Position numbers and translations under genes: made by a program. Shown here piece by piece: positions 46,962 through 56,112 of a stretch of 64,000 nucleotides of DNA; within the stretch, counting starts at the first letter, position 1, and each line of letters starts with the position of its first letter. The notes beneath the pieces were generated by a model. It had not been told where the DNA came from, did no database searches, and saw only the letters and a program-made list of their open reading frames with translations. This DNA is from an uncultured Gemmatimonadales bacterium (GTDB taxonomy: Bacteria > Gemmatimonadota > Gemmatimonadetes > Gemmatimonadales > GWC2-71-9): assembly GCA_963828735.1 (NCBI GenBank), contig CAWHFW010000003.1, forward strand, positions 64,001 through 128,000, written 5' to 3'.

Positions 46962-47999
46962 CTAGTCCCTGGAGGCTCCGGCCGCCGCCGGCCGGCGAGG
47001 TCCGGTGCCGGCCCCCGTGCTCTCGAGCGCGGCCGCGATCTCGTCCAGATCGGCCGGGGTCAGGTCGAGCGTGGCGGCGGCGATCCAGCCCTCCACCTGG
47101 CGCGCCGACCGGGCACCGACGATGGCGCCGCTCACGCCGGGCCACGAGAGCACCCACGCCACCGAGATCGCCGACACGGTCGTCCCGTGCCGGCGCGCGA
47201 CCGGACGCAGCGCATCGCGAAGCGCCAGGTTGCGCTCCAGCCTGGGAGGACGAAACTCGGGCGACCGTCTGCGCCAATCGTCGTCGGCGAAGCCGGCCAC
47301 TCGTGCGGCGTCGAACCGGTCGCTCAGCAGGCCGGACTGCATCGGGCTATACGCGATGACGCCGGTGTCATGCTCGACGCACCACGGCAGCTCGTCGGCC
47401 GCGACCTGGCGCCGGATGGGCGAGAACGGCGGCTGCAGGGAGTCCACGTGGCGAACCGCCTCGCAGCGCTCGAGCAGCCCGACGTCGAAGTTGCTCACCC
47501 CGGCCAGACGAACCTTCCCCTCTTCGACCAGCCGGGCCATCGCCGCCCATGAATCCTCGACCCGGGTGCCGACGGTGTCCGGCCAGTGAAACTGGTAGAG
47601 GTCGATGCGCTCGACTCCGAGCCGCCGCAGCGAGGCCTCCGCTTCGCGTCGAATCGAGTCGGGCGCGAGCGTCTGTACCGGAGCCGCCATCCGATCGCGC
47701 TCGTCCCACACGAGCCCGCACTTGGTGAAGACGTAGGGGCGGTCGGCGGGCGGGAGATCGCGCAACAGGCGCCCCACGACCTCCTCCGAGTGGCCGAGCC
47801 CGTACACCGCGGCAGTATCGATCCAGTTGACGCCGAGTGCCAGCGCGCGACGCATGGCATCCAGCGACTCGTCGTCGTCCTGCGGTCCCCACCCGAACGC
47901 CCAGGCGCCGCCGCCCGCCGCCCAGGCGCCGAAACCGACCGTGGTGATGTCGAGGCCACTGGATCCGAGCGGCCGGGTAGGCAACGGCGTGGTCGTCAT
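46962..47999 (-). CDS. Aldo/keto reductase
   Basis: GFGAW, WIDTAAVYG, TKCG, SLRRLG..IDLYQFHWP, GVSNF, YSPMQSG, AIVGAR. Confidence 0.95.
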   Translation of the reverse strand: MTTTPLPTRPLGSSGLDITTVGFGAWAAGGGAWAFGWGPQDDDESLDAMRRALALGVNWIDTAAVYGLGHSEEVVGRLLRDLPPADRPYVFTKCGLVWDERDRMAAPVQTLAPDSIRREAEASLRRLGVERIDLYQFHWPDTVGTRVEDSWAAMARLVEEGKVRLAGVSNFDVGLLERCEAVRHVDSLQPPFSPIRRQVAADELPWCVEHDTGVIAYSPMQSGLLSDRFDAARVAGFADDDWRRRSPEFRPPRLERNLALRDALRPVARRHGTTVSAISVAWVLSWPGVSGAIVGARSARQVEGWIAAATLDLTPADLDEIAAALESTGAGTGPRRPAAAGASRD

Positions 48000-48092
48000 G
48001 GTGCCTCCTGATCTCGCGCGCGACCGTGCGCGGCACCCGCGCTATATGACCGGACTCGCCTCGAATCGCAAGCGCCGCCAGATTGCTCGGTC

Positions 48093-50537
48093 ATGCTCAT
48101 CGTGCCTCGCTCGCGCAGGAGCACGCCGGTCGCGCGTCGGCTGGCCATGAGCGTGCTCCTCGCCGCGTTGGTCTGGCTGGGCGCGCGTGGCGCGGGTCCG
48201 GTGCCGCCCCTGGGGCCGCTGCTGGATCCCTGGCGCGGCACCTGGGGCTTGGCCGCGTCGGCAAATCTGCCCCGCCATGCCGAAGACACGCTCCCGGGGC
48301 TCGGCGCCGACGTTCGGGTGCTGTACGACGACCGCGCCGTGCCCCACATCTACGCGGCCTCCGAGCTGGACGTCCTGCGAGCGCTCGGATACGTCACGGC
48401 TCGGGATCGCCTCTTTCAACTGGACCTCCAAGCCCGGGCGGGCGGCGGCACATTGACCGAGCTCCTCGGGCCGCGGGCGCTCGAGCTCGACCGGGAGGTG
48501 CGCGGCCTGGGCATGGCGCGCGCCGCAGAGCGTCTCGCGCGTGCGCTTCCCGACACCGGCCAGGAACGGGCCTCGATGGAGGCCTACGCCGCGGGGATCA
48601 ACACCTATCTCGCCGCCATGCCTGAGCGGGATCTGCCGCTCGAGTATCGCCTGCTGGGCCGACGGCCCATCCGGTGGAGTCCGATGCGAACGATCCAGGT
48701 CATGCTGCGCATGGGGTACACCCTGGCGCAGGACCGCACCGAGCTGGATCGGCTCGCCGCGGCATCCGCCGTGGGCGCGGCCGCCGCGGCTTCGCTCTTC
48801 CCTGCCCACTCCCCGCTCCAGGAGCCCATTCAGCCCGCGCCGGGCGAGCCACGGCGCGCACCGCTCGTTGTTCCGCCCCCCGGCGCGCCCGACACGGCCG
48901 CCCGGTCGGTGCTCGGCGTCGCGTCGGCCGGTTCCGCACGGCGCGAGCTCGGCAGCAACAACTGGGCGGTCGCGCCGGACCGCACGCGGGATGGCGCGGC
49001 GCTGCTCGCGGGGGACCCCCATCTCGACCTGACGCTCCCCTCCATCTGGTACGAGGCCCATCTCGCCGTACCAGGGGTCGTGGACGAGTACGGCGTCACC
49101 ATCCCCGGTCTGCCCGCGATCCTCATCGGGTTCACGCGCGACGTCGCCTGGAGCTTCACCAACGTCCAGGCCGACCTCATGGATCGCTGGGCGGAAACGG
49201 TGGATGATTCCCTGCACCCTCGCCAGTATCGCCTCGACGGCGCGTGGGTTCCGCTCGAGATCCGGATGGAGATCTATCTCGGGCCGAACGGGGATACGAT
49301 CGCGGTGGACACGCTACGCTTCACCCACCGCGGACCGATGACCCGCGTCGGCAGCCGCTGGCTCTCGCTGCGCTGGACCGCGCTCGAGAGCGGGAGCGAG
49401 ATGGAGGCGTTCCGTCGCGCGAGCCGCGCGCGCACGGCCCGGGAATGGCTCGACGCCATGGCCTCGCATCGGTCGCCACCGCAGAACATGCTGGTGGCCG
49501 ATCGCGCGGGCACGATCGCGGTGCGGTCCACCGGACGCTTTCCGGTGCGCCCGGGCGACGGCCGCGGCGATCGCATCCTCGACGGCTCGACCCGCGCGAC
49601 GGATTGGACCGGCAACTGGCCGGTGACCGACTATCCACAGGCCGTTGCACCCCCGCAGGGCTTCCTCGCCTCCGCCAACCAGGAGCCGCAGGACCCTCGA
49701 GACCAGCACCGCTACCTGGGCAGCGACTGGCCGATGCCGTGGCGCGCCATCCGGATCAACCAGCTGCTCCGGGCGGATCACGCGGTCACGCCGGACGCGA
49801 TCCGGCAATGGCAGACGGATCCCGCGAGCCCGCGGGCCGACACGATCGTCCCCTACCTGCTCGGGGCCGCCGCGGGCCGGCCGGCGGACACACTCGCACA
49901 ACGCGCGGCGCAGCTGCTTGCCGGCTGGGATCGGCGCTACACGATCGACAACGAACGAGCCGTGCTGTTCGAGGCCGTGCTGCGCTCGGCGACGGCCATG
50001 CTGTGGGACGAGCTCCCATCCGACATCCGGCCGGGTCCCGGCGCGTTCTACGCCCTGCTCGACGACTCGACGAACCCATGGTGGGACGTGCGGAGCACGC
50101 CGGACCGGGAGCAGCGCGATGACGTGCTCGCACAGGCGCTCGCGGAGGGCTTTCAGAACACGGTGCGGGACTATGGGCCGCCGGAATTCGGCGGGTGGCG
50201 CTGGTCGCGCGTGCATCGCATCGACATCTGGCACCTGCTGCACCTGCAGGGCTTGTCGCGGCTGGGCCTTGCAGTGCCCGGCGGACCATCCACGATCAGC
50301 CCGTCGAGCGTGTCGGGCGGCGGCGAGGGATCCAGCTGGCGCATGGTGGTCGAGCTCGGCAGGGAGGTTCGTGGCTGGGGCACCTATCCCGGGGGGCAGA
50401 GCGGCAACCCGATCAGCCCGCGCTACGCGGATCGACTCGGAGAATGGACCCGTGGCGATCTCTCCCCGCTTCGCTTTCCTCGCGATGCGTCGGGATTGCC
50501 CGTCACGTCGGAGCTGGTGTTAAGGAGGGCGCGGTGA
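48093..50537 (+). CDS. Penicillin acylase family (Ntn-hydrolase) protein
   Basis: YDDRAVPHIYA, ARDRLFQ, G|SNNWAV, GDPHL, PSIWYE, YPGGQSGNP. Confidence 0.95.
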   Translation: MLIVPRSRRSTPVARRLAMSVLLAALVWLGARGAGPVPPLGPLLDPWRGTWGLAASANLPRHAEDTLPGLGADVRVLYDDRAVPHIYAASELDVLRALGYVTARDRLFQLDLQARAGGGTLTELLGPRALELDREVRGLGMARAAERLARALPDTGQERASMEAYAAGINTYLAAMPERDLPLEYRLLGRRPIRWSPMRTIQVMLRMGYTLAQDRTELDRLAAASAVGAAAAASLFPAHSPLQEPIQPAPGEPRRAPLVVPPPGAPDTAARSVLGVASAGSARRELGSNNWAVAPDRTRDGAALLAGDPHLDLTLPSIWYEAHLAVPGVVDEYGVTIPGLPAILIGFTRDVAWSFTNVQADLMDRWAETVDDSLHPRQYRLDGAWVPLEIRMEIYLGPNGDTIAVDTLRFTHRGPMTRVGSRWLSLRWTALESGSEMEAFRRASRARTAREWLDAMASHRSPPQNMLVADRAGTIAVRSTGRFPVRPGDGRGDRILDGSTRATDWTGNWPVTDYPQAVAPPQGFLASANQEPQDPRDQHRYLGSDWPMPWRAIRINQLLRADHAVTPDAIRQWQTDPASPRADTIVPYLLGAAAGRPADTLAQRAAQLLAGWDRRYTIDNERAVLFEAVLRSATAMLWDELPSDIRPGPGAFYALLDDSTNPWWDVRSTPDREQRDDVLAQALAEGFQNTVRDYGPPEFGGWRWSRVHRIDIWHLLHLQGLSRLGLAVPGGPSTISPSSVSGGGEGSSWRMVVELGREVRGWGTYPGGQSGNPISPRYADRLGEWTRGDLSPLRFPRDASGLPVTSELVLRRAR

Positions 50538-50869
50538 GACGCGTCCTCCGGATTGTGGTGTTCGCGGTGCTCACCGCCGGCGGCACCGTGCTCGGAGGCT
50601 GGTGGGTGGTACCCGTGCTCGCGTCGGGATGGGTGCTGGCATTCTCGTCGGACCGGCATCCGGTGCGCACGACGGTGGTGGGTGCGGCCCTCGGCTGGGG
50701 CGCCGTGCTCGGTGTGGACGCGATGAGCGGACCGGTCGCGGCCGTGGCTTCCAGCCTTGCGGCCACGATGGGGTTGCCCAGGGGAGGCTTTGTGGCCGCG
50801 ACGATGCTGTTCCCGGCGCTGCTCGCGGGCGCGGCAGCGCTCCTCGTGAAGCCCGCGCCGCCAGCGTGA
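50534..50869 (+). CDS. Small integral membrane protein
   Basis: GTGA overlap with the acylase stop, AGGAGG RBS; 3-4 hydrophobic segments. Confidence 0.8.
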   Translation: MRRVLRIVVFAVLTAGGTVLGGWWVVPVLASGWVLAFSSDRHPVRTTVVGAALGWGAVLGVDAMSGPVAAVASSLAATMGLPRGGFVAATMLFPALLAGAAALLVKPAPPA

Positions 50870-50913
50870 CCCGCGCCACGTCCCGCGCCCGTGCGCCGGC
50901 GTAGCATGTTCGC

Positions 50914-51630
50914 ATGAAAGCAGGATCGAAGCGGACCGCGCCGACTCCCGAGCCGAAGGGCAGCCACCCCACGCCGGCACGCGGCGCCGGCACGGGCTCG
51001 GCCGCGGATTTTCTGCCAGCGCGGCCGACCCTTTCGCGGCTCCGCGCCGCGGCTGCCGGCTGCCGCGGATGCCAGCTGTACCTCCACGCCACTCAGACCG
51101 TATTCGGCGAGGGCCCGCGTCAGGCGGAGGTGATGCTGGTCGGAGAACAGCCGGGCGATCAGGAAGACCTGCAGGGACACCCGTTCGTTGGCCCCTCGGG
51201 TCGGTTGCTGGACGAGGGGCTCGCCGAGGCGGGCATCGATCGCCGGCGGGTCTACGTCACCAACGCGGTCAAGCACTTCAAGTTCGTGCGGATCGAGCTG
51301 ACGAGGCGGCGGCTGCACAAGAAGCCGTCGCCGGGTGAAGTGCGGGCCTGTCGCCCGTGGCTCGAGGAGGAGATCCGGCTGGTGCGTCCACGGGTGATCG
51401 TCGCGCTCGGGGCGACGGCGGCTCAGGCGCTGCTCGGCCCCGCATTCAAGGTGACGCGGCAGCGAGGTAAGGTGATTCGCTCGGAGTGGGCGGACGCCGT
51501 GGTGGCAACCGTGCACCCGTCTTCGGTGCTGCGGGCGCCGGCTGACGCGCGTGACGAGGCTCGGCGGGGGTTCTTCGCGGACCTTCGGCTGGTCGGGCGG
51601 CTGGTCGAACGGAAGGCAGCCGCTGGCTAG
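50914..51630 (+). CDS. udgX: UdgX-family uracil-DNA glycosylase/binding protein
   Basis: CRGCQL, GEQPGDQED, FVGPSG, TNAVKHFKF, R-loop RRRLHKKP, HPSS. Confidence 0.9.
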   Translation: MKAGSKRTAPTPEPKGSHPTPARGAGTGSAADFLPARPTLSRLRAAAAGCRGCQLYLHATQTVFGEGPRQAEVMLVGEQPGDQEDLQGHPFVGPSGRLLDEGLAEAGIDRRRVYVTNAVKHFKFVRIELTRRRLHKKPSPGEVRACRPWLEEEIRLVRPRVIVALGATAAQALLGPAFKVTRQRGKVIRSEWADAVVATVHPSSVLRAPADARDEARRGFFADLRLVGRLVERKAAAG

Positions 51631-51664
51631 GCATCGGCGCGGGCCCGGGCCCGCGCCGATGCCT
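51629..51664. repeat. Perfect 36-bp palindrome between convergent genes
   Basis: AGGCATCGGCGCGGGCCC|GGGCCCGCGCCGATGCCT. Confidence 0.85.
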
Positions 51665-51672
51665 CGTGGCGT

Positions 51673-54273
51673 TTATCCCTGAGCGGCCTCCTCCGCATCG
51701 CGCATGGAGGCCACGGCGGCGCTCACGTCGCATGCCATCGTGCGCTCCCGCCGCAGTTGCTCGACCACCGCTTCCGCCTGCTTGATCTGGAACGTCAGCG
51801 CCCCCGAGCGCTCGATCACGTGCTCGACCACGGCGCGCTGCGCCTGGAGGGCCTCCACCGTGGAGCGGACCTCCAGGGCGAGGGCCTCCGCCCGCGCCAG
51901 GCGCTGCTCGGTGCGCTCGAGCTGCCGCCGCCGCGCCTCGAACCCGTGCAGCGCGTCCTCGGCGGACTTGAGTTGAGCGTGAGTCTCCTGCAGCAGCTGG
52001 TAGGTCTCCTCGATCTCCCGGCGCGAGCCGCCGATGGTCTGGGCGTGCTCCACCGCCCGGTCCGCCAGGTCGAACACGTGCTTCACCTGTGCCTCGAGCG
52101 CATCCACCGCGCCCTGACGGGCGAGGGTCTGCTCGAGCCCGCGCGCGGCCTCCACCTGGGCCGACTCCCATTTGGCCAGCAGTCCCTCGAACTGGGTGAG
52201 CTGCCGATCGACCGGCTTGAGCGCGTCGGCACGCTTGGCGAGCTCGCCGGTGAGGCGGTCGAGCCCCTGCGCCTGCGTCTCCGCCTTCTGGAGCGTGGTG
52301 CCGATGCCGCGCGAGAGCTCCTCGAGGCGCTGCGCCGTCTCCGCCGACTCCTGGCGGAGCGCGGACGCCCGCGTCAGGTGCTCGGTTGCCTTGTCCAGCG
52401 CGCCCTGTCGCTGCTCGAGCTCCTGGCCCAGGAGGCGAATGCGCTCCTCGAGCTCATCGAGCTGCGTGGTGCGGCTCTCCAGCCCGCGGACTGACCCGTC
52501 CACCGCGTCGAGCCGGCGCTCCGCCGCGCCGACAGAGGCCGCGACATCCGCGATCGTATCCGAGACGCGGTGTGCTTCCTCGGCCTGAGAGGCGAGCTGG
52601 GCGAACCGGCTCTCCGCGCCATCCATCCGGCCGCGGAGGCCCTCGGCCCGGTCCTTGAGCTCGGCGCTGAGGGTGCCCAGATCCACCAGACGCCGGTGCA
52701 CCTCGTCGACCGTCCCACGGCGAGACTCGATCTCGCCCATCGCGGCCCGCACTTGCTCCACGTCGGCGCGGATCCGTTCGACCGCGGGCTCCATCCCCAG
52801 GAGCTCCTTGACCTGCGCCTCGACCTTGCGGGTCCAGCCGTCGGTCGTGGTGAGCCACGTCTGGGTCTCCGCGTGGCTCTCGCGCACCCGGATCATCTCG
52901 CCCTGCGACAGCCGCATCTGCTCCAGCCCGTCGGCCATCATCTCGTGGGTGCCCTTGAGCGTGGCGAGCTGGTGGATCGCCTCGTCGAGCTGGGGCTTGA
53001 GCGCCTCGATGCGCTGCATCCGCTCGGCGGTGTCGCCCGCCAAGGTCTCGAGGTGCTCCGCGTTGTCGCGCATGACCGCGATCCGCCGCGCCTCCTCTGA
53101 CTGGCGCACGAGCTCCTGGGAGAGCGCGCCTGCCTGCTCGGTGAGGCTTCGGACCTGCGCCTGGACCGCCGCCGCCCCCTGACTCGCCGCGTCGAGCACC
53201 GCGAACCGCGCCTCGCATTCCTTGACCGCCGCGCGCAGGTCGCCGACGCGCTCGCTCACGGCATGGAGACCACGATTCTCAAGCTCGAAGCTCTCGCTGC
53301 TCTTCCGCATCTGCTCCCGCAGGTCGGCCAGCGCCTGACGGGCGGCCTGCTGCGCCGACTCCGCCTCCTGCTGGGCCCCCTGCAGCTCGTCGTTTCGCGC
53401 CATGACCTTCACGTGCAGCGCCTGCACGTCCGCGATCTTCGTCTCGATCGCGCCGAAGCGCCGGATCTGCTCCTCCTGACGCCGGAGCCAGGTGTCGAGC
53501 TCGCGGTCCATGACGGTGAGCTTGCTGATCTGGCCGGCCGCCCGATCGACCGCCTCGCGCTGCTGCTCAAGCGACGTGGTCTTCTGCGCCAGGTGGTCGG
53601 CGAGCGACTTGAGCACGGCGAGCTGATGCTGTACGCCTGGAATCGACTCGGTGGCCTGGGTCAGCGGGTCGAGCGAGCGCTCGACGGTCTGCAGCCGGCG
53701 GCTGGTCTCGTCCAGGCGGCCAAGCGCGGCTTGGTGCTCCTGGTCGATCGCCTCGAGGCGGGTGGTGGTGTGGCGGTGGGCGCTCAAGGCGTCGTCGTGC
53801 TGGGCGCGGATGCGGCCGACCCCCTCCGACATCTCGGCGATCTGGCCCCGCAGGGACTCGGTCTCGCTCCGGAGCGCCGTGACCGGACCCTCCATGCTCA
53901 GCACGCGCTCGACGTCCTCCCGTAGCTGCAGCGCGCCTTCGACCTTGTGGCCGAGGTCGCCCATTCGGGTCTGGATGCGGTCCATCTCCTCACCCGCACT
54001 CACCAGCCGCTCGGCCTGACGCTCCGCCTCGGCGAGGCGCGCCCCGAGCGCCTCGAGGTCCTGCACCTGGCGCTCCACCGCGGTGCAGCGCTCCCGCAGC
54101 GTGTCCAGCTCGGCCGCACGTTCCAGGACCGGCGCCAGTTGACGCAGCTGCTCCGCCGCGGTTTCCGCGCGGCGAACCAGAGCCTCCAGAGCGGCGGCGA
54201 TGTTCGCCCCATTCTTGTCTACGGCGACCACGGAGTCGTCGTCGCGGCGGCGGCCTTTCAGGAACGTGACCAT
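51673..54273 (-). CDS. Long coiled-coil protein (866 aa)
   Basis: GGAG RBS; continuous heptad-like E/Q/R/L/A composition; no Walker motifs, TM or signal peptide seen. Confidence 0.88.
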   Translation of the reverse strand: MVTFLKGRRRDDDSVVAVDKNGANIAAALEALVRRAETAAEQLRQLAPVLERAAELDTLRERCTAVERQVQDLEALGARLAEAERQAERLVSAGEEMDRIQTRMGDLGHKVEGALQLREDVERVLSMEGPVTALRSETESLRGQIAEMSEGVGRIRAQHDDALSAHRHTTTRLEAIDQEHQAALGRLDETSRRLQTVERSLDPLTQATESIPGVQHQLAVLKSLADHLAQKTTSLEQQREAVDRAAGQISKLTVMDRELDTWLRRQEEQIRRFGAIETKIADVQALHVKVMARNDELQGAQQEAESAQQAARQALADLREQMRKSSESFELENRGLHAVSERVGDLRAAVKECEARFAVLDAASQGAAAVQAQVRSLTEQAGALSQELVRQSEEARRIAVMRDNAEHLETLAGDTAERMQRIEALKPQLDEAIHQLATLKGTHEMMADGLEQMRLSQGEMIRVRESHAETQTWLTTTDGWTRKVEAQVKELLGMEPAVERIRADVEQVRAAMGEIESRRGTVDEVHRRLVDLGTLSAELKDRAEGLRGRMDGAESRFAQLASQAEEAHRVSDTIADVAASVGAAERRLDAVDGSVRGLESRTTQLDELEERIRLLGQELEQRQGALDKATEHLTRASALRQESAETAQRLEELSRGIGTTLQKAETQAQGLDRLTGELAKRADALKPVDRQLTQFEGLLAKWESAQVEAARGLEQTLARQGAVDALEAQVKHVFDLADRAVEHAQTIGGSRREIEETYQLLQETHAQLKSAEDALHGFEARRRQLERTEQRLARAEALALEVRSTVEALQAQRAVVEHVIERSGALTFQIKQAEAVVEQLRRERTMACDVSAAVASMRDAEEAAQG

Positions 54274-54365
54274 GGCTCACTCCAGTGAAGAGCGCGGAAG
54301 CTTCGCATCGGGGCGTTTGGGCGCGCGGTGAAGAAGATTTTGACAGGGCGGACCAAGGCACGGTC

Positions 54366-54381
54366 TGCAACGCGTGTGCCC
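54366..54381 (-). promoter_or_regulatory. Possible sigma54 promoter for the coiled-coil gene
   Basis: GGGCAC-ACGCG-TTGCA (GG-N10-GC), about 90 nt upstream of ATG. Confidence 0.55.
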
Positions 54382-54671
54382 AGTCGCTTTCGTGGCCGAG
54401 AATGATCGCGTCCCGACATTGGCGCATGTCGCAAGCGACTGAGGCGATGGGGGATGGAGACGTGGGCGCCGAACGGATGCAGGCGAAGGTACGCGTGACC
54501 GGCAGATCGTGCATCGCGACCTGCCGGGGTTGTGGCAGGTCGCGTGAGCCGATCATCGACCGGCCCGAGCGATTTTTCGTCGCTTCGTGCGTGACCCGGC
54601 TCACGACGCGCGCTCGTACGTCGGCCTAGGTTGCCTTTCGCATGAGCGCACTACCGCATCTGGAGGGACGC

Positions 54672-55013
54672 ATGGCTGACAACAGGAATTGGGACCAGGA
54701 AGATCTGTGGTGGAAGGAAAACTTCAATTCTCGCCCATATGCCGCGGGATACACCTATGAGGAGTTTCGCCCGGCCTATCGCTACGGCTTCGAATCGGGT
54801 CGCCACAGCTTGGGGCGCACCTGGCACGAGGTCGAGGCCGACCTTCGGACCGGGTGGGACAAGTATCGATTCCGGCCCGAGCGGGGATCGACGTGGGACA
54901 AGGTGAAGGACGCCGTCATGGACGCCTGGCATCGTGTCACCGGACAGCAGGACCTGGACGTCGAGAAGATGAGCGAATCCAGCGAGAAAGTGCGTACGAC
55001 GCGGAACGCCTAG
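54672..55013 (+). CDS. Hypothetical small aromatic-rich protein
   Basis: [19 protein letters not shown]...FRPAYRYG...[12 protein letters not shown]...[12 protein letters not shown]. Confidence 0.85.
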   Translation: MADNRNWDQEDLWWKENFNSRPYAAGYTYEEFRPAYRYGFESGRHSLGRTWHEVEADLRTGWDKYRFRPERGSTWDKVKDAVMDAWHRVTGQQDLDVEKMSESSEKVRTTRNA

Positions 55014-55051
55014 CAGACCGCAGGATCAAGCGAAGCCGAGCATGGAAACGG

Positions 55052-55078
55052 ACGGGCCCGCGATTTTCGCGGGCCCGT
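55052..55078. terminator. Hairpin between convergent genes
   Basis: ACGGGCCCGCGA-ttt-TCGCGGGCCCGT. Confidence 0.65.
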
Positions 55079-55097
55079 TCGCTGTTCGCCCGACGAT

Positions 55098-55968
55098 TCA
55101 GGCGTGCTGGAGGCCGAGCCGCTCCATGGTCTCCTCGTCGAGCTGGAGCATGCGCGGCGCCCGTGTTTTCCTCCAGATGCTTCACGCTCGAGGTCCCGGG
55201 AATGGGGAGCATGACCGGGGAGCGACGGAGCAGCCAGGCAAGCGCCACCTGGGAAGGCGTGGCGTTCAGTCGCTCGGCGGCGGCCGCCAGCGACCCACGG
55301 GTCGTCGCGAGGTCACCCGTGGCCAGCGGGAACCAGGGGATGAACCCGAGGTTCTCGGCCTCGCAATACTCGAGCACATCCTCGCTCTTGCGGTTCGAGA
55401 GGTTGTAGAGGTTCTGAATGCTCACCACGTCGGCGAGGCGACGGACCTCTTCGATCTGGTCCACGCTGACCTCGGACAGGCCGATATGGCGGATCTTCCC
55501 TTCCTCCTGCAGGCGGGTCAACGCACCGATCTGATCGGCCACGGGGACCTTGGGATCGATACGGTGCAGCTGGAGCAGGTCGATCCGTTCGAGACGAAGC
55601 CGCTGCAGGCTGCCATGGACCCGTTCCCGGAGGTATTCGGGGCGCCCGTCCTCCCGCCACTGGTTCGGGCCAGGCCGGCGAAAACCCGCCTTGGTCGCGA
55701 TCACGAGCTCCGGCGGATAGGGGTACAGGGCCTCCGCGATGAGGCGCTCGCTCACGTCTGGTCCGTACGAGTCCGCAGTATCGATGAGAGTGATACCGAG
55801 CTCGAGGGCCCGGCGGAGGACGCGAATGGCCTCGTCGTGATCCTCGGGCGGCCCCCAGATGCCCTGCCCTGTGATGCGCATCGCGCCGAAGCCGAGCCGG
55901 TGTACGGGGAGATCCCCGCCGATCGTAAACGTGCCGCTCCTGGCCGCGGGGCGCAGATCGTCAGTCAT
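55098..55968 (-). CDS. Aldo/keto reductase (pyridoxine 4-dehydrogenase-like), apparent frameshift near C-terminus
   Basis: [49 protein letters not shown]; the natural-looking end [17 protein letters not shown] is in a shifted frame at about 55152. Confidence 0.88.
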
Positions 55969-56112
55969 TCTGTCAGTCCTCCGTCGATGGACGACGCGAC
56001 CGCTTGCTGGTCGCGCCGATAGGCGGGAACATGCCCGGCGCCCACGCGCCGCGGCGGCGACCCGCGTCACCAAACGGGGGACCGGCGGTATATTGTTCCT
56101 CCCTTTCCCCGG

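Noticed and set aside
54285..54629. 114-aa ORF with CxxC pairs in the intergenic region
   Set aside because: No RBS, atypical codon usage, and it overlaps the probable promoter and hairpins; not supportable as a gene.
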